From contig CAVSGI010000006.1 of NCBI GenBank assembly GCA_963727445.1, positions 288,001 through 352,000 of the forward strand: a stretch of DNA of 64,000 nt. Direction: 5' to 3'. Positions within the stretch are counted from its first letter, which is position 1. The number at the start of each line of letters is the position of its first letter. Below the pieces are notes generated by a model that was not told where the DNA came from, ran no database searches, and saw only the letters and a list, made by a program, of their open reading frames with translations. Both the position numbers and the translations under genes were made by a program. This document shows, piece by piece, positions 9,318 through 19,324 of this stretch. This DNA comes from an uncultured delta proteobacterium. Lineage in GTDB: Bacteria; Myxococcota_A; Polyangia; Polyangiales; B10-G4.

Positions 9318-10118
9318 ATGCGACTGGCTCTCACTACCCTGATCATTTCCATTCTGGCCCTGGGCTGTACCTCGGACATTCAGACCCTCGAGTCTGCCCT
9401 GGTCAGCTGCGACTCGCGGGCGGACTCCGCCTGCTTCGACAGCGAGACCTGCACCGCGGTCGAAGGCCGCGACCTCGAGGTCTGCAGCGCCGGCGAGTGC
9501 GGCGGCGAGTTCGAATGCGAAGACGGCTACCTCTGCGTGGACGGGACCTGCGCCCGCGAGCGCACCGACGATGGCGCTGGCGACGGCAGCGGCGAAGGCA
9601 CCGGCGATGGGGCCGGCGACGGTAGCGGCGAAGGCACGGGCGACGGCAGCGGCGAAGGCACCGGCGACGGCAGCGGGGAAGGGGACGGCGGCGGCGCCGA
9701 CGGCTTCTGTCGCGAGACCGCGGCGGCCTGCGAGGCGGGCGACGACGGCGCCTGTGAGACCCACGCGCGCGAGTGCGGCGAAGGCAGCGGCGACGGCACG
9801 GGCGACGGCACGGGCGAAGAGCCCGCGCCCTCGGAGGAGCCCAGCGCCTTCTGCCGCGAGACCGGCTCGGCCTGCGAGGCGGGTGATGAGAGCGCCTGCG
9901 AGACCTATGCGCGCGAGTGCGGGGACGGCGCGGGTGAGCCATCGCCCGAAGAGCCCCCGGCGGAGGAGCCTGCGCCGTCGGAGGAGCCCGCGCCGTCGGA
10001 GGAGCCGACGACCTGCGACATGCTTCGCGCCTCCTGCGAGGCGGGTGACGCCGGGGCCTGCGAGACCGTTGCGCGCGAGTGTGGGGAGGCGCCGGCGCCC
10101 AGCGGCGACGGGGTCTGA
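9318..10118 (+). CDS. Acidic Cys-rich repetitive lipoprotein
   Basis: AGGAGG RBS; lipobox [13 protein letters not shown] repeats; three C-x6-C-x7-C-x6-C modules; EEPAPS repeats. Confidence 0.75.
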   Translation: MRLALTTLIISILALGCTSDIQTLESALVSCDSRADSACFDSETCTAVEGRDLEVCSAGECGGEFECEDGYLCVDGTCARERTDDGAGDGSGEGTGDGAGDGSGEGTGDGSGEGTGDGSGEGDGGGADGFCRETAAACEAGDDGACETHARECGEGSGDGTGDGTGEEPAPSEEPSAFCRETGSACEAGDESACETYARECGDGAGEPSPEEPPAEEPAPSEEPAPSEEPTTCDMLRASCEAGDAGACETVARECGEAPAPSGDGV

Positions 10119-10320
10119 GCCGCCCGCTGCTTGACTCGAACCTGGGCAGCCGCATCGCGCCCCGGAGCCACGAGGCTCCGGGGCGCACGCGTTCGTGGGC
10201 TGTTCGGATCTTGGGGTGAAAGGCTCCAGATCAGGCCCGTGGTCCGGGGACTCGCGTCATCACCTGAACGCGATCATTGGGCTTTTTCGTCGGCCTGGGA
10301 TTCGCAGAAGGAAGCAGACG

Positions 10321-11004
10321 GTGTCTCGCCTCCTCTGTCTGCTCCTCTTCGTCACCAGCGCCTGCGCGCAGGGCTCGACGGTGCCGTTTCAGCAGGTCGA
10401 GGGCACGGGGCGAGCGGCGGACGCAGGCATCGAGGAGGACGGCGCCCTCGAGTACGAGCCCGATGGAGGCGGCAGCGGCTACATCGGGATCGGTGATGGC
10501 GGGGAGGACAGCGGTGCGAGCGGAGACGCGGCCCCAGCCTGTGTGGCGGCCACGGAGGTTTGCAATGGCATCGACGACGATTGCGACGGCGCGGTGGACG
10601 ACGGCGGCGTCTGTCCCTGCGATGTCGCCGAGCGTGACGGCCACGCGTATCTCTTCTGCTCGGACGAGCTCTCCTGGACGGCGGCGCGGATGCGCTGCCA
10701 GACCTACGGCTACGATCTGGCGGTCGTCGAGAACGCGGAGGACGACGCCTTCGTCTACGGCCAGATCTCGGCCCGCACGTTCGCCGACACCTGGATCGGC
10801 ATGAACGACACCGCCACCGAAGGCACCTGGGTGTGGATCGACGGAACGCCCTTCGTCTACACCGGCTGGGACGACGGCGAGCCCAACAACGGCGGCACCA
10901 GCGGCGAGGACTGCGGCGTGATCATGACCCGCGAAGGCCGCGAGACGAAGTGGGACGACCGCGACTGTCCCAGCACCCGACCCTTCGTCTGCGAGACGCT
11001 GTAG
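10321..11004 (+). CDS. C-type lectin domain lipoprotein with a myxobacterial metal-binding repeat
   Basis: Lipobox TSAC; EVCNGIDDDCDGAVDD; SWTAARMRC...WIGMND...EGTWVWIDG...WDDGEPNN...EDC...WDDRDC...FVCE. Confidence 0.85.
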   Translation: MSRLLCLLLFVTSACAQGSTVPFQQVEGTGRAADAGIEEDGALEYEPDGGGSGYIGIGDGGEDSGASGDAAPACVAATEVCNGIDDDCDGAVDDGGVCPCDVAERDGHAYLFCSDELSWTAARMRCQTYGYDLAVVENAEDDAFVYGQISARTFADTWIGMNDTATEGTWVWIDGTPFVYTGWDDGEPNNGGTSGEDCGVIMTREGRETKWDDRDCPSTRPFVCETL

Positions 11005-11320
11005 GGGGGGCGTGGGTCTTGCCGAGGGGGTGGCCGGGGGGCGGTATGCTCGTTTCGCTTCGCTCACTCAGTTTGATGATGGGTGGTGGCGTGCGCGCGT
11101 TTCGCTGCGCTCACGCGCTTGCGGGGACGCAGGAGCGGGGGGCCGGAGAGGTTTAATTGTAGTCGGGGCTCCGCCCCAACACCCCGGGGGGACAAGCCCC
11201 CCCTGTCGCCTCGCGCTTCGCGCTCGGCTCTCACGTCTGCCCGCCCGGTGTGGAACAGATGGGCTCGCCATACTCATTGGCAATGATCTGATGGTCTGCG
11301 GGCAGCGTTCGGCCCCCCCC

Positions 11321-11558
11321 TCGGCGCCTGCGGCGCCGGGTCGCGGCCTTTCGGCCGCTCCGCTCCTGCCCGGGTAGCCTGGACAGGGGACCAACGGGGA
11401 CGGTCTACACTTTTCAACTTTCGGCTGGGCCGCGCGCATGCGGATGGAACCCGGGCGCGCGTGGCGAAAGTTGAAAAGTGTAGACCGTCCCCATCAAGCG
11501 GTCGGCGCCTGGGGCGCCGGGTCGCGGCGCTCCGCTCCTGCCCGGGTGGCCTGGACAG
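11321..11558. repeat. Imperfect direct repeats (~60 bp; 11321-11386 and 11502-11558) flanking an inverted repeat
   Basis: TCGGCGCCTG...GCGCCGGGTCGCGGC...GCTCCGCTCCTGCCCGGGT(A/G)GCCTGGACAG occurs twice. Confidence 0.85.
11396..11492. repeat. Perfect 28-bp inverted repeat with 41-bp spacer (REPIN/MITE-like)
   Basis: GGGGACGGTCTACACTTTTCAACTTTCG (11396-11423) and its exact reverse complement (11465-11492). Confidence 0.9.
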
Positions 11559-11667
11559 AGTGGAGCGTTGCGAAGCAACGCCGCCCGCCGAGGTCCCCGG
11601 CCATTCAGAGATGGACCCTCTGGTCAGTCTCAAACACAGCTAACGGGCAGACGTGCGACCCGCGCGA

Positions 11668-12498
11668 TCACCCGCGCGCCCGCACCTCGATCATCTTGGC
11701 TACGCCAAATCCAACCATCTCCGGCGCCTCCACTCCGACTTCGTCCCGCCAGAAGGCCTCGTCACGAAACAGCTCCACCGTCGCGCGGAGGTGCCCGTCC
11801 TGGCTGAACAGCGCGCCGCCTTCGCGCATGCGCGGGAAGAGCGTGCGGACGCAGGTGCGAGTCGAGGCGATCAGATCGACGTCGAGGAGGGCGACGTCGA
11901 CGTGTCCTTCGAAGCGGGGGAGGGTGTCGTCGAAGAGGCCCTTTTCGAAGGTGCAGACGTCGGGCGCGCCGTAGGTCGCGACGCGGCGCTTCACGGCGCC
12001 GAGGCGGCCGCGGAAGGCGCCCTTTTCGAAGGTCAGCGCGCGGCCGTCCAGGAGCTCGTGCCGCTCGTCGTTCTCGGGGATGCCGCGGAAGGTGTCGAAG
12101 ACGAAGAGACGGCCGCCGGCGAGCTTCGTCACCAGGCTCAGCTTCGCGGTGCTGGCGCCCGAGCCAGCGCCTGCTTCGACGACGATCAGATCGTCGCGGT
12201 CCGCGAGTCGCAAGATGCGGTCGGCGACCGTGAGCAGCTCCGCCAGCGTGTGGTAGCCGCGGACGTGATTCGTGACGTGCACGAAGTCCCGGAGCAGCCG
12301 AAGACGCGTCCCCAGGCTCAGCGCGATGGGGTAGGGCTCCGTCAGAAACGAGAGCACGGCCGCGCGGTCCCGCGTCGCGACGAAGCGCAGCGACTGGAGC
12401 TTGCGGTACGGCGTGCCCGGTCCCTTGCGCACCCACCGCCGCTCGTTCTTCCAGCGAGCCGCGTCCGGCGCCTCGCCCATGCGGACCCCGTAGGTCAC
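11668..12498 (-). CDS. TylF/MycF/NovP-family O-methyltransferase
   Basis: VVEAGAGSGAST, FDTFRGIP, FEKGLFDDTLP, LLDVDLIAST...LFPRMREGG. Confidence 0.8.
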   Translation of the reverse strand: MTYGVRMGEAPDAARWKNERRWVRKGPGTPYRKLQSLRFVATRDRAAVLSFLTEPYPIALSLGTRLRLLRDFVHVTNHVRGYHTLAELLTVADRILRLADRDDLIVVEAGAGSGASTAKLSLVTKLAGGRLFVFDTFRGIPENDERHELLDGRALTFEKGAFRGRLGAVKRRVATYGAPDVCTFEKGLFDDTLPRFEGHVDVALLDVDLIASTRTCVRTLFPRMREGGALFSQDGHLRATVELFRDEAFWRDEVGVEAPEMVGFGVAKMIEVRARG

Positions 12499-12501
12499 GG
12501 C

Positions 12502-12888
12502 TCAATCGAGGACGTGCTTTTCGAGCACGAACGCGACCATCGTGCCCGCGAGCACCTCGCGTTCGCCGACTTTGGCGCTCACGCTCAGGACGCGCTTCTT
12601 GCCCTTTTCTTCGGTGACCTCGGCGGAGGCGATCACCTCGTCGCCCACCTTCACCGGCGCGACGAAGCGCACGTCGGCGCTGCCCAGCACGACGTGCGGG
12701 TCGTTCACCGCGAGCATCGCCGCGTGATCGGCGAGGCCGAAGACGAAGCCGCCGTGCACGAGACCTCTGTCATCCGTGCTCATCACGTCGGTCGCGACGA
12801 AGCGCGCCGTCGCCTTGCCCGGCGAGAGCGCCAACGGCGCGCCAGAGAGCCCGCGGTCGATCTTGGGGTGCGTGTTGGGCTCGCTCAC
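12502..12888 (-). CDS. PaaI-family hotdog thioesterase
   Basis: GLVHGGFVFGLADHAAMLAVNDP...VRFVAPVKVGD; GTG overlaps the symporter TGA (GTGA). Confidence 0.9.
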   Translation of the reverse strand: MSEPNTHPKIDRGLSGAPLALSPGKATARFVATDVMSTDDRGLVHGGFVFGLADHAAMLAVNDPHVVLGSADVRFVAPVKVGDEVIASAEVTEEKGKKRVLSVSAKVGEREVLAGTMVAFVLEKHVLD

Positions 12889-14720
12889 TTCTTCCTCCCT
12901 TCGGCGCTGCTCACCGCGGCTTCGGGCTCCATTGCGCCCGACTTGAAGCGACCCCAATAGTCGTTCAGCGCGTCGCCGACCTTGTTCGACAAGAAGTAGA
13001 GACCGAGGATGTTCGGGAAGGCCATGCCGAGCACCATCAGGTCGCTGAAGGTGATCACGTTGTCGATGTTCAGGATCGTGCCCAGCACCGCGAACACCAG
13101 GAAGATGACGCGGTAGATGGTGCTCATGCGCGAGCTGGTCCCGAACAGATACGTCCAGCAGCGCTCGCCGTAGTAGCTCCAGCTGAGCATCGTGGAGAAG
13201 GCGAAGAAGAAGGCCGCCGGCGTGAGGACCCAGCTGAAGCCCGGGATCACGGAGTCGAAGGCGTACTTCGTCATCTCCACGTCGCCGAGAGGCGTGCCGT
13301 CCGCGCCGACCTGCTCGTAGGCGTCGGTGATCACCAGCACCAGGCCGGTCATGGTGCAGATCACGATGGTGTCGATGAAGGGCTCGAGGAGGGCGACGAT
13401 GCCCTCGCGCACCGGCTCGTCCGTGGCGGCCGCGCTGTGGGCGATCGACGCCGAGCCGATGCCCGCCTCGTTCGAGAAGGCCGCGCGGCGGAAGCCCTGC
13501 ACCAGCACGCCCAACATGCCGCCGAAGCCCGCCTCCGGCGTGAAGGCTTCGCCGACGATCTTGCCGAAGGCGGAAGGTATCTCCCCCGCGTTCACCGCGA
13601 GGACGACGATGCCCGCGAGCACGTAGACCACGCACATGACGGGAACGATGTAGCCAGCGACCGCGCCGATGCGCTTGATGCCGCCGATGATCACCACCCC
13701 GACCAGGATCGCCAGGATGATCCCGTAGAGCAGCATCGCGAAGTCCTTCACCGCGACCGACTCGACGTTCATCGCTTCGAGCGTCTGGCCTACCACGAGC
13801 TTCGCCGACTGGTTCGCCTGGAACATGTTGCCGCCGCCAAAGCTGCCGCCGCAGCACATCAGCGCGAAGATCACCGCGAGACCCTTTCCGAGCGGGCCCT
13901 TCTTCAGCTCGGCGAGGCCGCGGCCGAGGTACTGCATCGGTCCGCCCGATACGCGCCCAGATGGATCGACCTGCCGGTAGATCTGCCCGAGGGTGCACTC
14001 GGTGAACTTCGAGCTCATGCCGAGGAAGCCCGCCATCACCATCCAGAAGACCGCGCCGGGTCCGCCGGCGAAGACCGCGACCGCGACGCCCGCGATGTTG
14101 CCGAGGCCGACCGTGGCCGACAGCGCGCTCGACAGCGCCTGGAAGTGGCTCACCTCGCCGGGGTCGTCCTCATCGTCGTACTTGCCGCGCGTGACGTGGA
14201 TCGCGTGGACGAATGCGCGCAGGTTGATGAAGCGGTAGCGCAGCGTGAAGAAGAGGGCGCCGACCACGAGCCAAAGGACGATCACCGGCACCGAGACCCC
14301 GGACAGAACGTCGTGGCACTTCTTCGAGCTCATCCCGCTCTCGGTGCAGAGGGTGGCGCGCGCGTCCGTGTCGGCGGCGACCAGGGCGTCGGCGTCCTCG
14401 GCGGACATGCCCGCGCTCCGGGCCCGACTCCGGATCGCGTCGTCCGAGGTGTCCCAGAAGACGACGTCGAAGAAGAAGATGGTGGCCAGGGGGCTCACGA
14501 CCCAGTCGGCGACGAACCCATCGACGGGGGCGAGGGTCTCGTTCACCGCGGCGACGAAGCCCTTCTGCTCGGGGGCGGCCTGGTCGGCTCGTTGGGCCTG
14601 ATCCTGGCCCTCTTGGCCCTCTTCCTGTGCCTGGGCGGGCAGGCTCACGGCCAGGACCGCGGCCATCGCCAACAGGTATCCCATGGGCTCCCCGATCCCG
14701 GCTGCACGACGTCTCCTCAT
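12885..14720 (-). CDS. Alanine/glycine:cation symporter (AGCS family)
   Basis: GEVSHFQALSSALSATVGLGNIAGVA, GGPGAVFWM, GGPMQYL, RAAFSNEAGIGSA, EPFIDTIVICTMTG; start uncertain (14720 or 14684). Confidence 0.92.
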   Translation of the reverse strand: MRRRRAAGIGEPMGYLLAMAAVLAVSLPAQAQEEGQEGQDQAQRADQAAPEQKGFVAAVNETLAPVDGFVADWVVSPLATIFFFDVVFWDTSDDAIRSRARSAGMSAEDADALVAADTDARATLCTESGMSSKKCHDVLSGVSVPVIVLWLVVGALFFTLRYRFINLRAFVHAIHVTRGKYDDEDDPGEVSHFQALSSALSATVGLGNIAGVAVAVFAGGPGAVFWMVMAGFLGMSSKFTECTLGQIYRQVDPSGRVSGGPMQYLGRGLAELKKGPLGKGLAVIFALMCCGGSFGGGNMFQANQSAKLVVGQTLEAMNVESVAVKDFAMLLYGIILAILVGVVIIGGIKRIGAVAGYIVPVMCVVYVLAGIVVLAVNAGEIPSAFGKIVGEAFTPEAGFGGMLGVLVQGFRRAAFSNEAGIGSASIAHSAAATDEPVREGIVALLEPFIDTIVICTMTGLVLVITDAYEQVGADGTPLGDVEMTKYAFDSVIPGFSWVLTPAAFFFAFSTMLSWSYYGERCWTYLFGTSSRMSTIYRVIFLVFAVLGTILNIDNVITFSDLMVLGMAFPNILGLYFLSNKVGDALNDYWGRFKSGAMEPEAAVSSAEGRKK

Positions 14721-14796
14721 GGGCTGCCCCTCCAAAGCGGCGGGACTATGGCAAAAATGGGCCGGCGGGGCCACCCCGCTCCCCAGCCGGCCACGA

Positions 14797-14825
14797 TTGA
14801 CAGAAAACGGAGGCGCGACTAGAAA
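14797..14825 (+). promoter_or_regulatory. Putative sigma70 promoter of the nuo cluster
   Basis: TTGACA-17 nt-TAGAAA, about 65 nt upstream of nuoA. Confidence 0.5.
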
Positions 14826-14890
14826 CCGCAAGCAATCCGCGGGAAATTGCCGTGCCGCGCGCGGTGACGCGGGTCTGGAGCCAATCCTCG

Positions 14891-15250
14891 ATGACCTCGG
14901 TCTATCTGCCCGTCTTCCTCATGCTCCTCGTCGCCGTGGTTTTGGCGATGGCGATCTTCACAGCCACCAGCGTCTTCGGTCCGAAGGCGCCCTCGGACGC
15001 CAAGAACGAGCCGTATGAAAGCGGCTCGGAGACACGCGGCGGCCGATACGTACGGCCCAGCGTGAAGTTCTATCTGACCGCCATTCTCTTCGTCGTCTTC
15101 GACATCGAGGCGGTCTTTCTCTATCCGTGGGCGGGGATGTTCCGCGACCTCGGATGGTTCGGTCTGGTCGAGATGTTCGCCTTCCTGGCGATCCTCGGCA
15201 TCACGCTGGTCTACGCCTGGCGGAAGGGAGCCCTCGAATGGGAGAAGTAG
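14891..15250 (+). CDS. nuoA: NADH-quinone oxidoreductase subunit A
   Basis: KNEPYESG, VKFYLTAILFVVFDIEAVFLYPWA, YAWRKGALEW. Confidence 0.95.
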   Translation: MTSVYLPVFLMLLVAVVLAMAIFTATSVFGPKAPSDAKNEPYESGSETRGGRYVRPSVKFYLTAILFVVFDIEAVFLYPWAGMFRDLGWFGLVEMFAFLAILGITLVYAWRKGALEWEK

Positions 15251-15810
15251 TGAAATTCGGCGAGGAGGGCTTCTTCACCACGAAGCTCGAGTCGCTCCTC
15301 GCGTGGGCGCGCAAGTACTCCCTCTTCCAGTATCCGTTCGCGACCGCGTGCTGCGGCATGGAGTTCTTCGCCGTCGCGGCGCCCCGCTACGACATCGCCC
15401 GCTTCGGCGCCGAGGCCCCGCGCTTCACGCCGCGCCAGGCCGACATCCTCTGGGTGGTGGGCACCATCAGCCAGCGGCAGGCCCCCGTGCTCAAGCGCAT
15501 CTACGACCAGATGACCGAGCCCAAGTGGGTCATCGCCTTCGGCACCTGCGCGAGCTGCGGCGGGTTCTACGACAACTACACGACGGTTCCCGGGGCGGAC
15601 AAGGTCATCCCCGTCGACGTCTACATCCCCGGCTGCCCACCTCGCCCCGAGGCGGTCCTCGATGGCCTGATGCTCCTTCAGGAGAAGATCACCAAGGGCG
15701 CCGCCGGCAACAAGGAGCCCATCGTCGTTCCACCCCGGGAGATCCCGCAGCTCCTGCAGATCCGGGCGAGCAAGGACGACCACTCGGGAGGCGCGCACGG
15801 CCATGAGTAA
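15250..15810 (+). CDS. nuoB: NADH-quinone oxidoreductase subunit B
   Basis: [45 protein letters not shown]. Confidence 0.95.
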   Translation: MKFGEEGFFTTKLESLLAWARKYSLFQYPFATACCGMEFFAVAAPRYDIARFGAEAPRFTPRQADILWVVGTISQRQAPVLKRIYDQMTEPKWVIAFGTCASCGGFYDNYTTVPGADKVIPVDVYIPGCPPRPEAVLDGLMLLQEKITKGAAGNKEPIVVPPREIPQLLQIRASKDDHSGGAHGHE

Positions 15811-16516
15811 GAAGGTCATCGACAAGCTCGCGTCGGAGCTCGGAGGCGCGGTGCTCGAGACGAGCCACTTCCGTGGTGACGACGTCGCCTGGGTCGCGCC
15901 GAAGGACTGGGTCGTCGCCGCGACCACGCTCCGTGATCACGCCGACATGCAGATGAAACAGTTCATCGATCTGACCGCGGTCGACTACCCCGAGCGCGAG
16001 CCCGAGGAGCCGCGCTTCGAGGTGGTGTTGATGGTTCGCTCCCAAGAGAAGAACCAGCGCGCGATCCTCAAGACGAAGGTCGCCGACGGCAAGAGCGTGC
16101 CGACGCTGACCGGCGTGTGGCGCGGCGCGGACTGGGCCGAGCGCGAGGTCTACGACATGTTCGGGATCTCCTTCGAGGGGCACCCCGACATGCGCCGCAT
16201 CCTGATGTACGAGGAGTTCGAGGGATACCCGCTGCGCAAGGACTATCCGATCGAGCGGACCCAGCCGCTGGTCCCCTACCGCGAGGTGGAGGGCATCGTG
16301 AAGCTTCCGCCCTTCGGTCTCGACGAGGGCCAGCCCTTCGGGCGCATCGACTGGCAGAGGCGCCTCGCGGACCGGGACGACCAGGTCTCGCCGGCCATCG
16401 CCCTTCAGACCGGCCAGCGCCGAACGCTCAGCGACTCGGAGATCGCCGAGAGCGAGCAGTTGGACATGCAGAAGACCCTCGTGGGAGGCACCTCCCCTGC
16501 AGGCGAGGGAGGCTGA
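15803..16516 (+). CDS. nuoC: NADH-quinone oxidoreductase subunit C
   Basis: [40 protein letters not shown]. Confidence 0.95.
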   Translation: MSKKVIDKLASELGGAVLETSHFRGDDVAWVAPKDWVVAATTLRDHADMQMKQFIDLTAVDYPEREPEEPRFEVVLMVRSQEKNQRAILKTKVADGKSVPTLTGVWRGADWAEREVYDMFGISFEGHPDMRRILMYEEFEGYPLRKDYPIERTQPLVPYREVEGIVKLPPFGLDEGQPFGRIDWQRRLADRDDQVSPAIALQTGQRRTLSDSEIAESEQLDMQKTLVGGTSPAGEGG

Positions 16517-16520
16517 GCCA

Positions 16521-17738
16521 ATGGAGCCGACGAACGAAGTATTCGAAGAAGACGACGCCCTCGAGCTCCCGTCGGAGCCGATGCGTCTCAACATGGGGCC
16601 GTCGCATCCGGCGATGCATGGCACCATCCGCATGGTCCTCGACCTCGACGGCGAGACCGTGATGAACGTCGACGTCCAGCCGGGCTACCTGCATCGCGGC
16701 TTCGAGAAATCGTGCGAGCGCGGGACCTGGGCGCAGGTCTTCCCCTACGCCGACCGCCTCAACTACGTCTCGCCGATGCTCAACAACGTCGGCTTCGCGC
16801 TGGCCGTAGAGAAGCTCCTCGATGTCGAGGTGCCCGAGCGCTGCCAGTACTACCGGGTGATCCTCGGTGAGCTGGCGCGCATCGCCGACCACTTCACCTG
16901 CAACGGCGCCGGCGCGATGGAGCTCGGGGCATTCACTCCCTTCCTCTGGCTGCTCAAGGTGCGCGAGTGGGTGTGGGACGTGCTCGAGCAGGAGACGGGC
17001 GCGCGCATGACGCACTCCTTCGGGCGCATCGGCGGCATGGCCGCGCCGCCCACGGAGACCTTCGAGGGCGACTGCCTCGACCTCCTCGAGCAGGTCGAGA
17101 AGGTCACCGCCGAGGCCGAGAGCCTGCTCCTCCGCAACCGCATCTTCATCGACCGCATGACGGACGTCGGCATCCTGAAGAAGGAGGAGGCGCTGTCACT
17201 GGGTGTCACCGGGCCGATGTTGCGCTCCACCGGCGTCGAGTACGACGTGCGCAAGGCGCACCCCTACATGGTCTACGACCGCTTCGACTTCGAGATCCCC
17301 ATCGGTCACAAGGGCGACAACTACGACCGCTTCCTCGTCCGATTCGAGGAGGTGCGACAGTCGGTGTCGATCATTCGCCAGGCCCTCGAGCAGATGCCGA
17401 AGGACGGCCCGGTGACCGTCGACGACCTTCGCGTCGCGCTCCCCGACAAGCGCGAGGTGTACACCACCATCGAGGCGACCATCGCCCACTTCAAGTTGGT
17501 GATGGAGGGCCTCAAGACGCCCGAGGGCGAGGTCTACTCCTACACCGAGGGCGCCAACGGCGAGCTCGGCTTCTTCATCGTCTCCGACGGATCGGGCACG
17601 CCCTATCGCGTGCGCGTCCGGCCGCCCTGCTGGTTCAACCTGCAGGCGGCGCGGGAGATGATCATGGGCGACATGATCGCCGACATCATTCCCACCTTCG
17701 GCTCGGTCAACATGATCGGCGGGGAGTGCGATCGCTGA
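16521..17738 (+). CDS. nuoD: NADH-quinone oxidoreductase subunit D
   Basis: NMGPSHPAMHG, GYLHRGFEK, DRLNY, GVTGPMLRS, GECDR C-terminus. Confidence 0.96.
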   Translation: MEPTNEVFEEDDALELPSEPMRLNMGPSHPAMHGTIRMVLDLDGETVMNVDVQPGYLHRGFEKSCERGTWAQVFPYADRLNYVSPMLNNVGFALAVEKLLDVEVPERCQYYRVILGELARIADHFTCNGAGAMELGAFTPFLWLLKVREWVWDVLEQETGARMTHSFGRIGGMAAPPTETFEGDCLDLLEQVEKVTAEAESLLLRNRIFIDRMTDVGILKKEEALSLGVTGPMLRSTGVEYDVRKAHPYMVYDRFDFEIPIGHKGDNYDRFLVRFEEVRQSVSIIRQALEQMPKDGPVTVDDLRVALPDKREVYTTIEATIAHFKLVMEGLKTPEGEVYSYTEGANGELGFFIVSDGSGTPYRVRVRPPCWFNLQAAREMIMGDMIADIIPTFGSVNMIGGECDR

Positions 17739-19324
17739 TGGGCACACTCAAGATCGACGGCCAGGAAGTTCCCTTCGAACCCGGTGACACGATCATCCGC
17801 GCCGCCTGGCGCGCCGGGATCGAGATCCCGCACTACTGCTGGCATCCGGGCCTCTCGGTGGCGGCCAACTGCCGGATGTGTCTGGTGGAGATCACCAGCG
17901 GCCGGCGGATGGACATGCCCATCCTCGAGTGGGACGAAAAGAAGGGCGAGTACGTCCACGCGACCAAGCCGAAGCTCCAGCCCGCCTGCCAGATGTCGGC
18001 CGCCGACGGCATGGAGGTCTCGACCAACAACGACGAGGTCAAGAAGGCGCACGCTTCGGTGCAGGAGTTCCTGCTCCTGAACCATCCGGTGGACTGCCCG
18101 ATCTGCGACCAGGCCGGCGAGTGCAAGCTGCAGGACTACTGGCTCGACCATCAGACCACGCTCAAGCGCAAGCGCACCGAGCCGGTGCACAAGGTCAAGG
18201 GCGTGCGCTTCGGCCCGACCATCGTCTACGACGGGGAGCGCTGCATCATGTGCACGCGCTGCATCCGCGTCTGCGACGAGCTCGTCGGTGACTCGGTCCT
18301 CGACATGCGCCAGCGCGGCAACAAGAACGAGATCTTCGTCGCGCCGGGGCGCGAGTTGGACCATCGCTATACGCTGATGACCGAGCACGTGTGTCCGGTC
18401 GGCGCGCTGACCAGTCGCGACTTCCGCTTCAAGGCGCGGGTCTGGTTTCTCAAGACCGCGCCCGGCATCTGCACCGGTTGCGCCAAGGGCTGCAACAGCC
18501 ACGTCGACTTCGACCCGCGTTACGACCAGGTCTACCGCCTGCGCCCGCGGGACAACGAAGAGGTCAACAAGTTCTGGATGTGCGACGACGGCATGATGAC
18601 CTACAAGGAGGTCCACGAGGATCGGGTGATGGTGCCGAGCCTCGGCCGCGGCGATGGCGTCGAGGAGCTGACCTACGCCGAAGGCATCCAGACGGCGGCC
18701 GAGCGCCTCGCCCACGTGGACGGGTCGCGCGTCGCGGTGGTGCTCTCCGCGACCGAGAGCTCGGAGAACAACCTGGTGGCGGCGCGCTTCGCCAAGGACG
18801 TCCTCGGCTCGAGCCACCTCTACCTGGCGGCGCGGGCCGATTGGGAAGGGGACGACATCCTGAGGGTCGCCGACCACAACCCGAACCGGCGCGGCGCCGA
18901 GATGGCGGCGGGCGGTGACGTGGGCACGGTGGACGACCTTCTCTCCGACATCCTGAGCGGCGAGATCGCCGGGGCCATTCTGCTGGGGCGGGCCACCGAG
19001 AAGAGCGCGCACGACCTCGCGCCGCTGATTCGCCTCGACCTCTCGATCTCGCTCACGGCGAACACCGGCGCCTTCGACGAGGTCGCAGAGCTGGTCATCC
19101 CGGTCTCGTCCTGGGCCGAGCAGCACGGCACGTTCGTCAACGGCGACGGCAAGGCCCAGACCTTCAAGCGGGCCATCCCCTCGCCGGGTCGCATCGTCCC
19201 CGTGTGGCAGACGCTGGTGGCCATCGCCGACAAGATGGGCAAACCGCTGTCCTTCTCCGGCATCAACGAGGTACGCGCGGCATTGAGCAGTGGCCAAGGC
19301 GCGGAACAGGAGGCGCGCGCCTGA
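17738..19324 (+). CDS. nuoG: NADH-quinone oxidoreductase subunit G (short form, 528 aa)
   Basis: IPHYCWHPGLSVAANCRMCLVE, LLNHPVDCPICDQAGECKLQD, RCIMCTRCIRVC, CPVGALT, CTGCAKGCN. Confidence 0.9.
   Translation: MGTLKIDGQEVPFEPGDTIIRAAWRAGIEIPHYCWHPGLSVAANCRMCLVEITSGRRMDMPILEWDEKKGEYVHATKPKLQPACQMSAADGMEVSTNNDEVKKAHASVQEFLLLNHPVDCPICDQAGECKLQDYWLDHQTTLKRKRTEPVHKVKGVRFGPTIVYDGERCIMCTRCIRVCDELVGDSVLDMRQRGNKNEIFVAPGRELDHRYTLMTEHVCPVGALTSRDFRFKARVWFLKTAPGICTGCAKGCNSHVDFDPRYDQVYRLRPRDNEEVNKFWMCDDGMMTYKEVHEDRVMVPSLGRGDGVEELTYAEGIQTAAERLAHVDGSRVAVVLSATESSENNLVAARFAKDVLGSSHLYLAARADWEGDDILRVADHNPNRRGAEMAAGGDVGTVDDLLSDILSGEIAGAILLGRATEKSAHDLAPLIRLDLSISLTANTGAFDEVAELVIPVSSWAEQHGTFVNGDGKAQTFKRAIPSPGRIVPVWQTLVAIADKMGKPLSFSGINEVRAALSSGQGAEQEARA

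Noticed and set aside
11005..11660. Autonomous IS element or protein-coding ORFs in the intergenic mosaic
   Set aside because: No transposase motifs; the short ORFs are low-complexity translations of repeats.
16967..17737. N-terminal 257 aa of the 785-aa ORF as part of NuoG
   Set aside because: This is an out-of-frame overlap with nuoD; the real start is ATG 17738, coupled to the nuoD stop.
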